A stretch of 64,000 nt of DNA from assembly GCA_023213395.1 (NCBI GenBank), contig CM041465.1:225811741-225875740 (forward strand), in the 5' to 3' direction. Origin of the DNA: Cycas panzhihuaensis (Eukaryota > Plantae > Cycadophyta). Under the pieces are notes generated by a model that saw nothing but the letters and a program-made list of their open reading frames with translations, was not told where the DNA came from and did no database searches. A program made the translations under genes and the position numbers. Positions 26,747-40,668 of the stretch are shown here, in pieces (position 1 is the first letter of the stretch; every line of letters starts with the position of its first letter).

Positions 26747-29700
26747 TCAGGCAAAATGACAAGTAAATACAAGTAATCAAATATAGAATCAAGTAAATGG
26801 CAAGTAACTAGATGTGATCTAATGCATATCTAAGTATATGTAATGAGAAAGAAAATAAATTATATCTAAGATTCCTAGATTTTAGGGAGAGTCCCAAAAT
26901 TGAGGAAAGTTACCTCCTTGGCAATGGAGCTTATGTAATAAAAAGAAAATGTTACAACATTATATCCTACATTTATACATATAATATTGCCAATGTTTTC
27001 TCTATGTTTTGCCAAGGTTTTTTTAATATGACTTAATGCAATTGAGTAGATGGAAGAACACACAAATGAAATCTTATAGTAAATCTCTAGGGTGCAAAAG
27101 GATTGTGTAGGGATGGGTGTGAGCATATACACCTCACAGGGCACTCATGTGTCTCTTGTATACATGTGTGAGGACTAAAATTTATTGTTTCTAGGCTAGA
27201 TATAACCAAGGGCAATGCATGTATATAATGTACCTAATGTAGGTCAAAAAAAGGTAATAATACATATGGCAAGTTAGTCGTTAAGAATAGACAAACCTAA
27301 TATAACTATATGCACTTTTTAATTGGATGCACTTAGCAGGCAGTCCTGACTAGCATTCACATTTTAGCCTCATGAGTTTGAGGACTCATAATAAATGTAA
27401 TCTTCTCTTTTGTCTAAGCCCATAAGTATATAAGTAAAACACATAGAATAAATATGCAATGCGATGTGACGCATAAAGGAAAGAAAGTATTCTTTTTATC
27501 CTTTTTGTTATTTTTTCACTTTTTTTTTTGTTTTATTTATTTTTTCCTTTTTTTTAAAATAAAAAAACTACTCATATAAGAGCAAGGTCTAAAAGGAAGT
27601 AAACAAATACAAATTAACAAGTAATCTTGTCTTCCTTTTCCTTACACCTTTTCTTTTCAAAATGAAACTAAAAAAGTTAGGAGTACTTTTCCCTTTTTCT
27701 TTTCTTTTTTTTTTTTTTTTTTAGAAATAAAATAAAGAAAAGATCACTTTAAAGTGGGGTTTGAAGGGGTACCTAGAGAATCACTTCATCTACCAAACTT
27801 TATACTTTTCATGATCTTCTTTCTCTACTAAATGGCATATAATCTCAAAGTAAGGTTAAGCTATCATATGATAAAAAATTGGATTTCTAGAGAAAATCTG
27901 ACAGTATTTCTACTTGATGGATCACTATATGATGATAAAAAGTTTGTTGTTTAACCTTAAAATACCATAAAATACTTAAATAAATAAAGTTAAGCTTACC
28001 TTATGCTTTGAAAACTCGTGTCAAAAAATCAGTAGCACTCTAATTATGCAATAGGCACCCAATCTTATGAAGAAGAATAAATGAAGGAATGAGAGTGGAG
28101 AGAAGAGATTGAAACTCCTCTAAAACACTCCCAAAACTTATAATCATACTAAAAAAACTCCATCTACAATGTAAATGAAGAGGACACATAAAAAGAGAAA
28201 CCAAGACTATGGAAAAATATGCCTAAAATATCAAGAAATAACCACTAAGAGCATATAAACCACTAGTTTAGTGAGATAAATATGAGAGTCTTAGAAAGGG
28301 CTCCTAAGTCTCCCAAATATGATGGTAAACCAAATAGTACTTGGTTGTAATTCCTTCCTGTAAAGTCTTTTGGCTTATGGACAAAATAGCAAGCAAGAAA
28401 CAAAGCAAAAGAAAGCCAATAAAAGATGAATTAAGTGGTGCTTATCTCATCCAAAGTGGAAAAAGAAACATAAGCATAATATGGAATTGACTTACTAACA
28501 ATGTTGGGGAGGATTACCTCATCCCATTAAGTAAAGAAGGAACTAATGATTGAATTCTCCAACTTTAGGGCACTTTAACACCATTAAAGCATTAATCTCT
28601 AAGTTAAGATAAAGAAAAACATATGTAGATCAGGCTCATCACCGGATCTTAATGAAAAAATGGAAACATAATAGTAGTAGTATGATACAATCACTTGACC
28701 CCCCTTCCATTGGAAAAATAAGAGGTTAAATAAATGAGGATGAGAACTAGATAGCTAGTTTCTAGCCCATGGTATGAGAAAAAATAATGGACTCAAATCC
28801 ATCGGTGTTGCCCATGGATTTCCTCTAAAACCATGTCAATCCATGTGCTTTTTGATGTGACAAGGCTCCTTGAGCTTGATAAAATTGATGTGATGAAACA
28901 CGCAATTAATAAATGTTAATTATAAATTGCATAGGTGCAATAAATATATTGTGTGATGCCCTCATATCAATTTCTGGGTAGGTGACAATCATATCACAAA
29001 GAACTTTATGGTATCATGAAGAACTTCATGGTATTGCTTTTCTCTGGTGAATAGTCACTTTGCTATATAAAAATCAAAGCAACCAATTATTAGGCAATGT
29101 AGTATGTAGGAAAGAAAATGGGATAGTCTAGACAGTAAGAAAATAATAGAAAATTAGGTAAAAATAAAAGTAAAATGAGGGAAATAATGATAAAAATAAG
29201 ACAAACAATAGGGTAAATAGATCAACAAGACCTTATAGAAGTACTAAATGACCTTTCCTAACCTAGCAAGCCAAAAGAGTAGACTAAACCACCATCAACT
29301 GATATCAAAATCATTATCGATTAAAGAAAACGTGTCTTACAAAGCTAGCAAATAAGCAAACAAAAGCATATATTTTATATAAAATATTAAATGCTAAGTA
29401 AAATAGAGGAGTGAGCACATACATTTTCTTAGCTATCATTATTATATCTATGATGTTCTCAGTTTACAAGAAATAGTGACACACTAGGGATTAAATATAG
29501 AATGTTTAATTTTATTATCGTCAAAATATTTTACTGCTTTGAACAATCATATACTAACATAACAATATTAGTGTGATATTAATTAATCTAAGCAAGTACA
29601 TAAAGACTAAGATTTGCTCAACTTTCTCTTATATATGTGAATGGATAGTGTTATAAAATAATATCAATAATCTAAGACATATATTAGAAAGAATAATATG

Positions 29701-29931
29701 ATAGATATGGAAGAGTACAAAACTTAGTCATTATGCAGAACAATATAGTAATGTGGAATCTCTATGTCCTAACATGAATCAACCTAAGGCATGATATCCA
29801 ATAATGACAATTTTAACATCACACTCCATGTAGCTATGATATCTCTTTTGTGTATGTCAATCAAGCCTACAATCTAGAGAATGATAATGTGAAGCTAGTG
29901 TGAACTAATGCCACTGAACCTGTGGGTTGAG

Positions 29932-30115
<184 letters not shown>

Positions 30116-30766
30116 CAATTAGGTCTATGGTTTAACAAATGATGTTATAGGACTAATGAGACTATTCACCATTGAATCTACAAAGAAGTTGATGATATGT
30201 AATCAATACAAGGTTATTAATTTAATGAATTACTGGGTGAAACTCATAAACAAATCATTAATGAACCCATCAATATATTTAGAGCATATCAAAGAATACT
30301 TTTTTTTTCTTAGTATCAAATCTTTTGTAATATTTTTTTTATGATCCAAATCTATGATTTAGTGAATGGTTGTGTGAGACTCATAAAAAATTAATCCACC
30401 ATTAAATCTATAGATATGATAATAATCTCATATGATCAAGCATAAGGGACTCAAGATATAAGAGTTACCTTTGAATGTAAGTGAGGAGAAATTAGTTAGG
30501 TCAAGGATGTCTACCTAGTTGCATGAGCATTTAACAAAATATAAATTCCTACATGACTAAAGTATTAACCTATTAGACCAAACTAAGGGAAATTTTAGAG
30601 TGCCAATTACATGTTAATTTATAATTTAGGTCAAGGGCACTAATATATATGAATGTTTATATATGATAGGCCATGACTAAATATTCCAAGTAATCCTATA
30701 TTATAGGGATTATGAGAAATCATATTAGTACATATAATAAGAGTGAGGGATGAAATATATATCATA

Positions 30767-31075
30767 GTTTATACTTATTACAGAGTATACATGACTAGTT
30801 TATACTCTTATGGGAGTGCATGTGACTTAACATAGTTCATGGTCTTTAGCAGTTAATATTTTTAGAGTTTTACTTTACACATATTGTAGGGATTATGCTA
30901 CAGTTTATCCTTGTTATATAGTATGTACCATTGTTTATCCCCATTACATATTAGGTCATAGTCTATACTCATTGTAGAGTGTATGTTATAGTTTATCCTC
31001 ATTACAAATTATGTCATAGTTTATACTTATTATAGAGTGTATACCATTGTTTATACTTATTACAGAGTAAATTCC
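30767..31075. repeat. Degenerate 28-30 bp minisatellite, about 9 copies
   Basis: Units GTTTATAC(T)TATTACAGAGTGTATG(T/C)CATA start at 30767, 30798, 30903, 30933, 30961, 30991, 31019 and 31049. Confidence 0.85.
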
Positions 31076-33541
31076 ATCTTGTAGTATCCAACACTTATAA
31101 TTAAAGTGACTCTTTATGCCATGAAGAGTACACCAAGGACCAGTGTAGCTAAGTGGGTATGGAATACATTTATTAATAAAATTAATAATTTTAACTTATG
31201 GGATGACTTGTATAAGAGGCTCCAAATGTTGACTAGGGCTAATTTGATATTGTGATGGAGGAAGTTGATAAGAATGGCTGGGTTGAGATGCACAACTACA
31301 TTGCACTCTTTATATGAGAGGATTCAAACCTTAGTTAAGTGTGGATAACTTGATTTTATAATTAAGAAATTTGGTGTAGTTGTGGACTAGGTGCCCCAAT
31401 GGGATTTAATGGTAAGGGATTATATGAAGTAACATCTTAAGATGGGATAATTTAAGAATATAAACCATATCCATATTACACCTAGGCTTATTTCACCAAA
31501 GGTTCTAAAATTATATGAAATAAAGATGAAATCACTGATATAAATGCATTAATACCATTACATGTTAGTAATAACATCTACAGAATTAACTATAGTTGAT
31601 CATAAGAGGTTATTTAAACATTAAGGGTCATATACCTTAAAGATGGAAGTGTCTTTTCCATAACTTGAACTATAGAAAAGATAAAAGCCCAATTAAAGAA
31701 AGATGAAGATGATTATGAGAGAGGTAATAAATTTATCGATGACTATGGAGGTGAAGGAAAGCTAAATCAAGAAGCTCTCAATGGTTGTTCTATAAATGGA
31801 GAGATAGGAGACTCAAAAGCAGAAGTTCATGACTCAACTTTAACTTTTAGAAAAGGTAAAGGAGATGGACAATGTGAGCTAACTTCATTTTTGGGCAAAG
31901 TTGAAATAAAGGGAGAAGGTACATGTTTGAGCTCAAGTATGTCTCCTACAAGGGCTTTATTAGTAAAAGGATTAAAGGATTTTGAAGGAGTATTATGTTG
32001 TTATAAACATTATACATCAAAAGGAAAGCTAGATTATGTGAATATAAATAGACAAATTCATCAAAATCACAATAAATGGATAAGGAAAATTGAATAGGAT
32101 TAATTTCCATAAGAGATTAAAAAGATGAACTACAAGTGCAATTCCCATAAAAATGGTAATGAGGGTGGAATTCAAGCTATTTTTCATGATTAAATTGAGA
32201 GGGGTTTCAAGAGTCAAATGGATGTATAAAGTTATTCATTGTGTACGTGTCTAAGTTAGGGTTTTGATGCTTCTTTTGAATCATAAATCTGATATCAAAT
32301 GACAAAGATATAGTAAAAATAGCATTATTATTAAGAAAGTATATCATGATAGCAAATTTTATAACATCAAACTTCAACCATTAAATCAAGGATTAAAACC
32401 TAAATGAACAAGGTCAAACAACCACTTGTTTTGTCTACATATGAGCAAGGATTACATTAGTTCATATATAATGTGAATTTCATGTTGTATATGAGAGATA
32501 TTAATGAAAATATGAAGAAGAATCATGAAGAATAGTGTATTAAGAGCACAAAAATACACTTGAAATTTTGAAGGTTGATGTTTAATGAATAAAATCTTTC
32601 CTAATTAATAATGAAAAGTGGTCATGCAACCACTCATTTTAATGGGGAGTAAGTGTAAGGCACAATAGAGTAGATGATGCCTAAATCTAAGGTCACACAT
32701 GTGAGTCAATGGCAAAACAATAGTGTTAGGTCACTAAAAATAAATTTTAACTAAAACTTTTCATGTAGCCCTCTTAACTCAAGGTGTAGTTGTATGAAAA
32801 GAGCACAAAATCATATACTAAGGTACAAGGGTCGACGTGAAAAGTTATTTAATTTGGTTTAATATACATAAGAACTTTTGAAAAGTGCAAAAAAAATTAA
32901 AAAAAAATTATTTTTAATGCACTTAGCATATTGCATTGACTATGCAATTGCATAACCTTACATGGAGTTGCTTAGTGAATTACAAAGAGATTGAGTGGAA
33001 TCTCCATTTAGGTGTTGGGTAGATCTGATTAAAATCATAATAGCTATCTAGATCTATACTTAGAACATAAAAAAAATTGCACAAAACATAAAATTCAAGC
33101 AAGTTGTTCAGAGTGAATATACATGGGTGGATGGTGATGAAGTGAACAACATTTTACATAATAAAAGGTGAGTTTTCTGAAAAGATATTTGTCATATTGT
33201 AATGTGCTTTTCTAGGTCCCTAAGGTTCTTTTGTTACAACAAACACATAATATATTTGGTCATACCAAAAAATATAAAAGCATCTTCTATGAAATATATT
33301 TATTATTTCATTTATTTAATCTTCTATTGCATTTCAATTTATAGGATTAATATGTGAAAATAAAGAAATATTATGTTGCCATTTCAATAATAGTTCTTAT
33401 AACATGTCAAAAAACTCCAGGAGAAGAAATTATTTACTTTCATTTATCCTTCCTATATATTAAACATGACACATATATATAATAAAAGATAGTATTGGTT
33501 TGTTATAGGCTAATGGAGGAGAATTGTTGGGACAAAAAACT

Positions 33542-33610
33542 ATGCCTAAACTAGGTTCTATCAACCCTTAGCACATCAATGCCTAAACTAAGTTCTACTA
33601 ACCCATAACT
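33542..33610. repeat. 37 bp tandem duplication
   Basis: ATGCCTAAACTA(G/A)GTTCTA..AACCC twice. Confidence 0.75.
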
Positions 33611-33899
33611 CCTATGGAAAGTAATGCATCCTATTATCTTCTCATGAACTTTCTACTTTCCAAGATCCTAATTAAGAATTTTAACAGATGGAATTCACCT
33701 AGCTCTAGGAATCCCCATCAACACACACCCCGTTCCCTTCCAAAATATATGTATGGTAGGATTTTAAAAGGTCATCACCACTTTCTTCTTGGTTATGTAT
33801 TTTTATCACTAATTAATCTTATAATATAGTTTGTAATCCTCCTCCTAATTAATACTTTATTTTTCTGTTAAGGAGGATTTAGCACATTATAATTCTATT

Positions 33900-36800
33900 C
33901 CCCTTACTTGTAGTTGTCCTCAATAATTCTTCTTTTTTTTTTACATCAAAACATATAAACTAGGTTAGCAAAATAATTTTGGGTATTAATTTTACATAAA
34001 TTCTTCTCTTTTTTGAGTAGCACTATCATCATTACAAAACATTCATTTTATTTAAATTAAAAAAAAACAAAAAAAAACTTATTTATAAGTTGCCTAATTG
34101 TCCTATCCAAACTTTTCTCAAATTTTATAGGGAATTCACTTCTAAGTTTTATGGTTATCTCATTCTATTTAATTAGGTATATTTTTTTTTATTAAGCTTA
34201 CAAAGAATACCCTTTGAATTTTAAATTGAGGATAGAATTTAAGCTCATAGGCTAAATTTCTTATGCATCAAAATATTTCAAAAGGACCATAATATCTAGG
34301 AGTTAACTTTGTGTACTTTTTTAGTTTCAAGGAATTTTGTTTGCCTATAACACAAAGAAAGACTTTATCTTCTAACTGAAATTCTCTAACCAAATGTTTT
34401 AAATCAGTAAAACTTTTCTATTAATCTTGTGTTATCTTTTAATTATTTTTATCTTTATAAATTACATATTCTATTTCTATTAAAACATTATTAAACTACC
34501 ATTTTTGATATATCAGATCAGATTGAGAAATAGGTGTATTATAATTTCTTCCATAAATGGATTCAAAGGGTTACATTTTAATAAAGGAGTGAAAACTATA
34601 ATTATATACAAATTTTACTAAGTGTAAATAATTCTTCAAATGGAAAGGTATTTCAGTAGTATAAATTCAGATCATATCCTTTACTACTTGATTTACCCAT
34701 TCTATTTAGCCATTAGTCTTAGGGTGATAGATAATACTCATTTTAAGAGTAGTTCTTATCTTGTGAAAAAAAAGTTTCCCAAAAACTAGAAGTAAATGAA
34801 GTAAAAAGTTTCCCAAAAATTTCCATCAAATGCAATGCTCTTAGGTACTCTGTGTAACTAAAATATTTTGTTTGCAAATATGTGGGCTATGTCCTTCCCA
34901 ATAGATTTGATTTTAGTAGGAATAATATGTGCTATTTTAGTTAGTCTATATACCACAACTAAGATAATGTCATGACCTTTCAAATTATGGGGTAGACTAA
35001 TGATAAAACCCATACTTATTAATTCTCATTTCTATCTAAGAATGTCTAATAATTATAATAATTCATGAGTTCTACATTGTTCTGCCTTAACTTTTTGGCA
35101 TAAAAGACATTTTTAGACATATTATCATATATTTAGTTTTATTTTAGGATTAAAGAAGTTTTTCCTAATAGATATCCACCTATAGGGATATTATAGGCGT
35201 CCTTTGGAATTTTGCCTTTTATTTTGGGAGTCTTTAGTATGCATAATCTTCTTTTATAATAAAGTAATCCATTATTTGATAAGCCATATTTTTCTACTTA
35301 CTTTTTGTGATTAATATGGCATCAAGGATTTTGGATTTGGGCAAGGATTGGTTGAAAAATGTACATCATTCAAACTTGTTTTTACAAGGGATATAACATT
35401 AATATAACTCCTCTTTTGCCTAAGGGTATTTTCCACCTGCCACCTTATTTTATTTCTCAAGCATATATTGCATATCAAAATCATGTTCTATGATTAATTC
35501 CATCTAATACTCTTGTCACATATTTAAGTGTGATTGCTTAAATATATATTATAAGCTATGATGATCTATGTTTAAGGATAAATTTAACTCCTAAAAAATA
35601 ATGCTACCAAATTTTTAAAGCATGTACAATACTTAGTAATTCTATATCATAGGTGGGGTAATATTTTTTAACATATTACAATTTTCTTAATTTAGAGCTT
35701 ATGACCCTTCCATATTATATTAGAACTCCTCATAATATGTCCTTGTTAGCCTTAATAATTACTAAGTAAGATTTGTTGGGAGTAAGAATATCAAATACAA
35801 ATGTTGTGGTTAATGATTTTTTAAATATACAAAAGGCTTCTTCACATTTTGATGCCCATATAAATACTTCCTCCTTTAGGATTAGGTCTGTCAATGATGC
35901 AATAAATTTGGAATATCCCTTAATAAAATCTTGATAAAATCCTAATAATCTTAGGAAAGTATGTACCTTATGTGTGTCTTTTTGTTGTGACCATTCTTGT
36001 ATAGCTTTTATTTTTTCAGGATTTAAGGCAATACCTTCTTCTAAAATGACATGTCTTAAATATGAGATTTCTATTTTTAAAAATTCACATTTACTTTATT
36101 TAGCATATAACATATATTTCCTTAATTTTTCTAGTACTTTTTGGATGTTTTGTTCATGTTCCATTTTAATTTTTAAATATATCAAGATATTGTCTAAAAA
36201 TATGATCACAAATATATCTAAATATGGTCAAAATACATTGTTCATTAGGGTCATAAAAATGGTAAGCATGTTGGTCAACCCAAAAGGTAAAACAATAAAT
36301 TCATAATATCCATACCTAGTACAAAAAGTCATTTTAAGCATATCCTATTCCTTAATTATAATTTGATTATATCCTAACTATAAATCTATTTTTAAGAAAT
36401 ATTTTACACTATTTAGTTGATCCAAAAGATTGTTAATCCTTAGTAATTGGTACTTACTCTTTATTGTTAATTTATTAAGTTGCCTATAATCAATGCATAA
36501 TCTTAGCGTGTCATCTTTCTTTTTAACAAATAAAACTGGTACTCCATGTGGAGAAATATTGGTCTAATTTTGCCTTGCTCTATTAACTCTTATAATTGTG
36601 CTCTAAGCTCCATTTATTTTAGGATGGATTATTAATATAGAGCCCTTGATATTGATTTTGCTCCAAGTATAAGATCTATTACATGCTCCACTACTCTTTT
36701 TAGGGGTAGTTCCTTAATTTTTAAAGTAAATACATAATTAAATTCTTTAATAATTGGATGACCAATATGATCATTATTACATATTTGGGTGTTTTTAATT

Positions 36801-37260
36801 ACCAATATACAAAAATGTTTATATCTTTTATGAATGCATCTTTTGATCTACGTTGTGGAAAGGGTAGATAATCATGTGGTTCTTTCTTCCCCTTAAATGA
36901 TCTTAGATTTATCAGGATGTCTAGGTATTATAACCTATTTGTTATAGTAACTAACATATATATTATTAGGTTTTAACCAAACCATTCTTATTATGATATC
37001 ATATTTTCTTAAGTCCGATAATTAGAAATCTACAAATGTTTGATAACCATATATCTCAAATCTTAATTTCTCCAAAATAGAGGTAATTTGCTTAAGTGTT
37101 TTATCATTGACTAATTCTACATAAGAGAGTTTTATTTTTTGGTGTACTAATTCTAATTTTTTCACTAGTTTTGGGGAAATAAAGTTGTGACTACTCGCAG
37201 AGTCAATCAACACAATAAAGGATTGATTGTTTATTCTTACCTTGACTTGTATAAGAGATA
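33900..37260 (-). pseudogene. pol: Decayed chromovirus pol (PR-RT-RH-INT)
   Basis: MLIDSASSHNFISPKLVKKL (PR), [60 protein letters not shown] (RT), and LHRVPKSI and AYEL (INT/GPY). Confidence 0.9.
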
Positions 37261-38236
37261 ATTGGTTATGTATAGTATCTTATTGAATGACAGCATGGAT
37301 ACAGTCAAGGTTGTATTAAGTCTTTTATGGTTGGGGTTCTCCCTTCTGATAGGTTTTTCTTTTAATCGAGGGTAGTTTCTTTTCAAATGTACTTCCATAA
37401 ATTCTCAATGCTAAAGAGTTTTTGTCAAGTTTCTTGCTTTTGATTCTACTTTTGATTATTTATTTACTCTAAATCTTTTATGAATGAGCTACGACAAGAA
37501 AATTTCCTCTTAGCATTATTATTTATTCTTTTGTCTACATAGGATTTTCCCTAATGTCGAAAGGCACCATCTTTATAAGTGCCCTCTCACTCATGTAACC
37601 ATTTCTTTCTTCTCTTTTTGCCTAATCTTTATTCTTCATATCTCTCCATGAGAATAGTTGCTTCATCTACTAAATCTAGATTCTCATCCCATACATTAGC
37701 ACAGTACTATTAATTAATCCCATTTATAAATCTCATGAGTCTATCGTTTCCTTGAGCAAATAAAATAAATTTATTTAAGGTCTTGAATTGTTCTTTGTGT
37801 TAGCCTACACCAGGATTCCTTTATTTCAAATCATAAAATTCATTTAATATATTTTAGAGGAAATTCTCATAAATAAAGTTATCACAAAACCTCTTTTTGA
37901 ATTTTTTTCATGAGATCAATTTAGTTTTCGTTTTGTGATTTATAAGTACATCATATCATTAGGTGAGGGCAAGCTCATTTAACTAATATATAGTGATTTT
38001 AGCCTTGGTATTACTAAATTGTTTTAATTTGAAATGCCTTTCAATTTGTCTAATAAATTTCTTACTTCTTCTCTTATGCCTCTTGTCCTTTTATATTCTG
38101 GAAGCTTTAGTTTTATTCTATAATGATCAATCTCCTTTTATTCCCTTTTTCTTCTTTTTCATCAAGAGTTTATATTTGTTTCTATATCAGATTCATTATG
38201 GCTAGAGGATTTCCCACTACTAAACATTAATTTTGT

Positions 38237-38653
38237 TATAATATTCTAGATCTACAAATTGTACCCAATGACACTTTAGGAAATACTTGAGAGCTTAAAG
38301 ATTCCTTTATTACAATTTCAGAAAACATAAATACATCAATGGAAGGTAAGAAAGCTTAATGATCACCAAAAGGGAATGTACTCTCATATAATCTCAAACA
38401 ATAATAAGATAGTATAAGTGTTTTATTTATAGATATTTGGCCTTATATAGGCAAAATTTGCCACTAACACTAACATCCTATTGGTGGCCCCTTGGTCCCT
38501 CCAATCTCACTGGTGGAGGTATGCAACCGGTACACACTGATTAACAATTATCCTTAACCTTCTCTTCCTTAATCATGTGGTTGTGGTTTAGCCTTAACCT
38601 TCTTTATATAATCAAATGCTCTTATGTCACTAACTTTAGAATGTTGTGTAATA
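38237..38653 (-). repeat. 3' LTR (417 bp) of Reina-like chromovirus
   Basis: Aligns end to end with 62084-62495. PPT AGGGAGAGGGACC on - at 38654-38666. Confidence 0.92.
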
Positions 38654-38669
38654 GGTCCCTCTCCCTAAG

Positions 38670-40668
38670 ACATTAAGTCCACGAAGCATTGAAGGTGTGG
38701 GCGTTACTGGATAAATTCTTTAGACTCCCACGTTGCTTCATCAGGATCATAGTTAGTCCACTACACTAAGTACTTAAAAATGGTTCTGTTTTGAAGATAG
38801 TGTTGGCGAGAAGCTAGGATGACCATTGGGGAGATCATAAGGACTTCTTCTTCATGGAGAATAGGGAGGGTTGTTTTAGGTACATCAACTTTTCCAAGGT
38901 ACTTCTTTAGCCAGGACACATAAAAGGTATTATAAATTTTGTAATTTAAGGGGAGGTCCAAGATATAGGCAACTTCACCAATTCCATGAAGAACTTTATA
39001 GGGACCATAGTAACGAGGGATTACCTTTTGGGTTTTTTGATGGCATAGGGATTGTTACTTATAGAGTTGGAGATGAAGGAAGACTAAATCACCCATAGCA
39101 AATACTCTTTCGGATAGGTCGCAATCAACCAATTACTTCATTCATTTTTGAGTTGTTACTAGGTTTTGCTTAATAGTATGTAAAATTTAATCTATGTCTT
39201 GTAATTTTTTGTTCAAAGATTAGTGGCTAACATATGGTGGGATGATGGGGGATACCCATAAAGTGCCATAAATAGGGTTATTCCTATAAAAGATTGATAA
39301 GAGGAGTTATACCAATACTCTACTGGTGCCAACCAAGAAGTCCAATGATTTTGATGGTCTGATATAAAACATTGTAGGTATGTTTCTAATGTTTTATTAA
39401 GGGCCTCTAATTGGCCATTAGTTTAGGGATGATAAGATAAGCTCATGTTGAAAGAGGTTTTAGAAGCCCAAAAAAGTTCTCAATTAGACACAATAGTGGA
39501 TGGGAAGATGTGAAGATGAAAGATAAATTGGATGTAAAGGTCAACTAGTTAGGGGGCTTTATATGTAGTATACACTAGTAAGAAGTAGGTATACTTAGTC
39601 AAGTGGTCAATGATAACCCAAATTAAGTCATAGCCTATAGATAATGATAGCCCCACAATGAAATCCATGAAAATATCTTACCACTTACCTTAGGGAATTA
39701 TTGACAATTAAAGGAGGCCAAGTTGAGCTTTAGTCTTAATATTATTTTATTGGCGTGTTTCATATTAAAAAACATACATGAGGATGCTGGACTTCGTGTG
39801 GGGCCAGTAAAATTATGATCAAATTTGATGGTATGTTTTATCGAACTTGGAGTGATTACTAAGAGGGATATTATGGTATTCATTTAGGATGTAAGGAATG
39901 AATGGAGACACTAGGTGGATAAAAATGTAATTTTGATATAGAAAGTGATTATTATGCAAGGTTCAATATTTATGATTTTGGACTTTATTGGTCCATATGG
40001 CAAAATTAGCCTAAGATTCATTATCATGGACAAGATCATCCATCTAAGAGGGTTGGGGAAGGGAGATGGCTTGAATGGCTGGGTCAACTAGAAGATGAGA
40101 AAGAGCATTTGCAAGCACATTATCCTTGCCCTTTTTATAAGCAATGGAGAAGTTGAAACTTAAAGTTTATTGACCCACTTAACCTATTCTTCTAACAAAA
40201 CTGGTTGGTCTAGTAGGTGTCAAAGGCTAGGGTGGTTAGTTAGAATGGTAAACTTGGATCTAAGTAAATATTAGTTCCACTCATCTATTGTATGAAGAAT
40301 AGCCCACATTTCCTTTTAATATGTTAAAAGGCAACATTTATGGTTTTTGAGCTTTTAACTTTTAAATAAAATAAGATAGAAATTTCATATAAGGACAGAT
40401 CTGATCTTGACACTAAAGGTATCACATTCTATATAAAATGGTTATGAGAAATTAAGGGTAGTGAGGAACAACATAGAGGACATGAATGTTTTTAGGTGGT
40501 CAAAAGCATTGATAGTGCTAAGTAACCATTGAAATAAATCTTTGTGTAGTAAATTTGCCAGGGGGCTACTATAGTAGCATAATTTTTTATAAAGAGACGA
40601 TAAAATCTAGTTAATTCAAGAAAAGCCCATAATTAAGTTAGGTTTTTTCTGTGTGGGCTATTAGATAA
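38670..40668 (-). pseudogene. pol: Chromovirus RT end, RNase H, integrase and chromodomain, decayed
   Basis: YRLFIKNYA, KKGKDNVLANALS, DIFMDFIVGL..VIIDHLTKY, SYHP*TNGQ, YYGPYKVLHGIGEVAYILDLP, and ILASRQHYLQNRTIFKYLV*WTNYDPDEATWE (chromodomain). Confidence 0.9.

Noticed and set aside
26750-29900. Possible - strand pol remnant (IISATDFLT near 28030)
   Set aside because: Only one short integrase-like motif is recognisable. Too decayed to delimit.
30767-31075. CRISPR-like array
   Set aside because: Units are contiguous degenerate tandem copies with no unique spacers. There are no cas genes and the context is eukaryotic.
31100-33500. Possible - strand element with decayed PBS (AATCTGATATCA near 32287) and LTR
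   Set aside because: The PBS match is weak, and there is no partner LTR, TSD or convincing domain.
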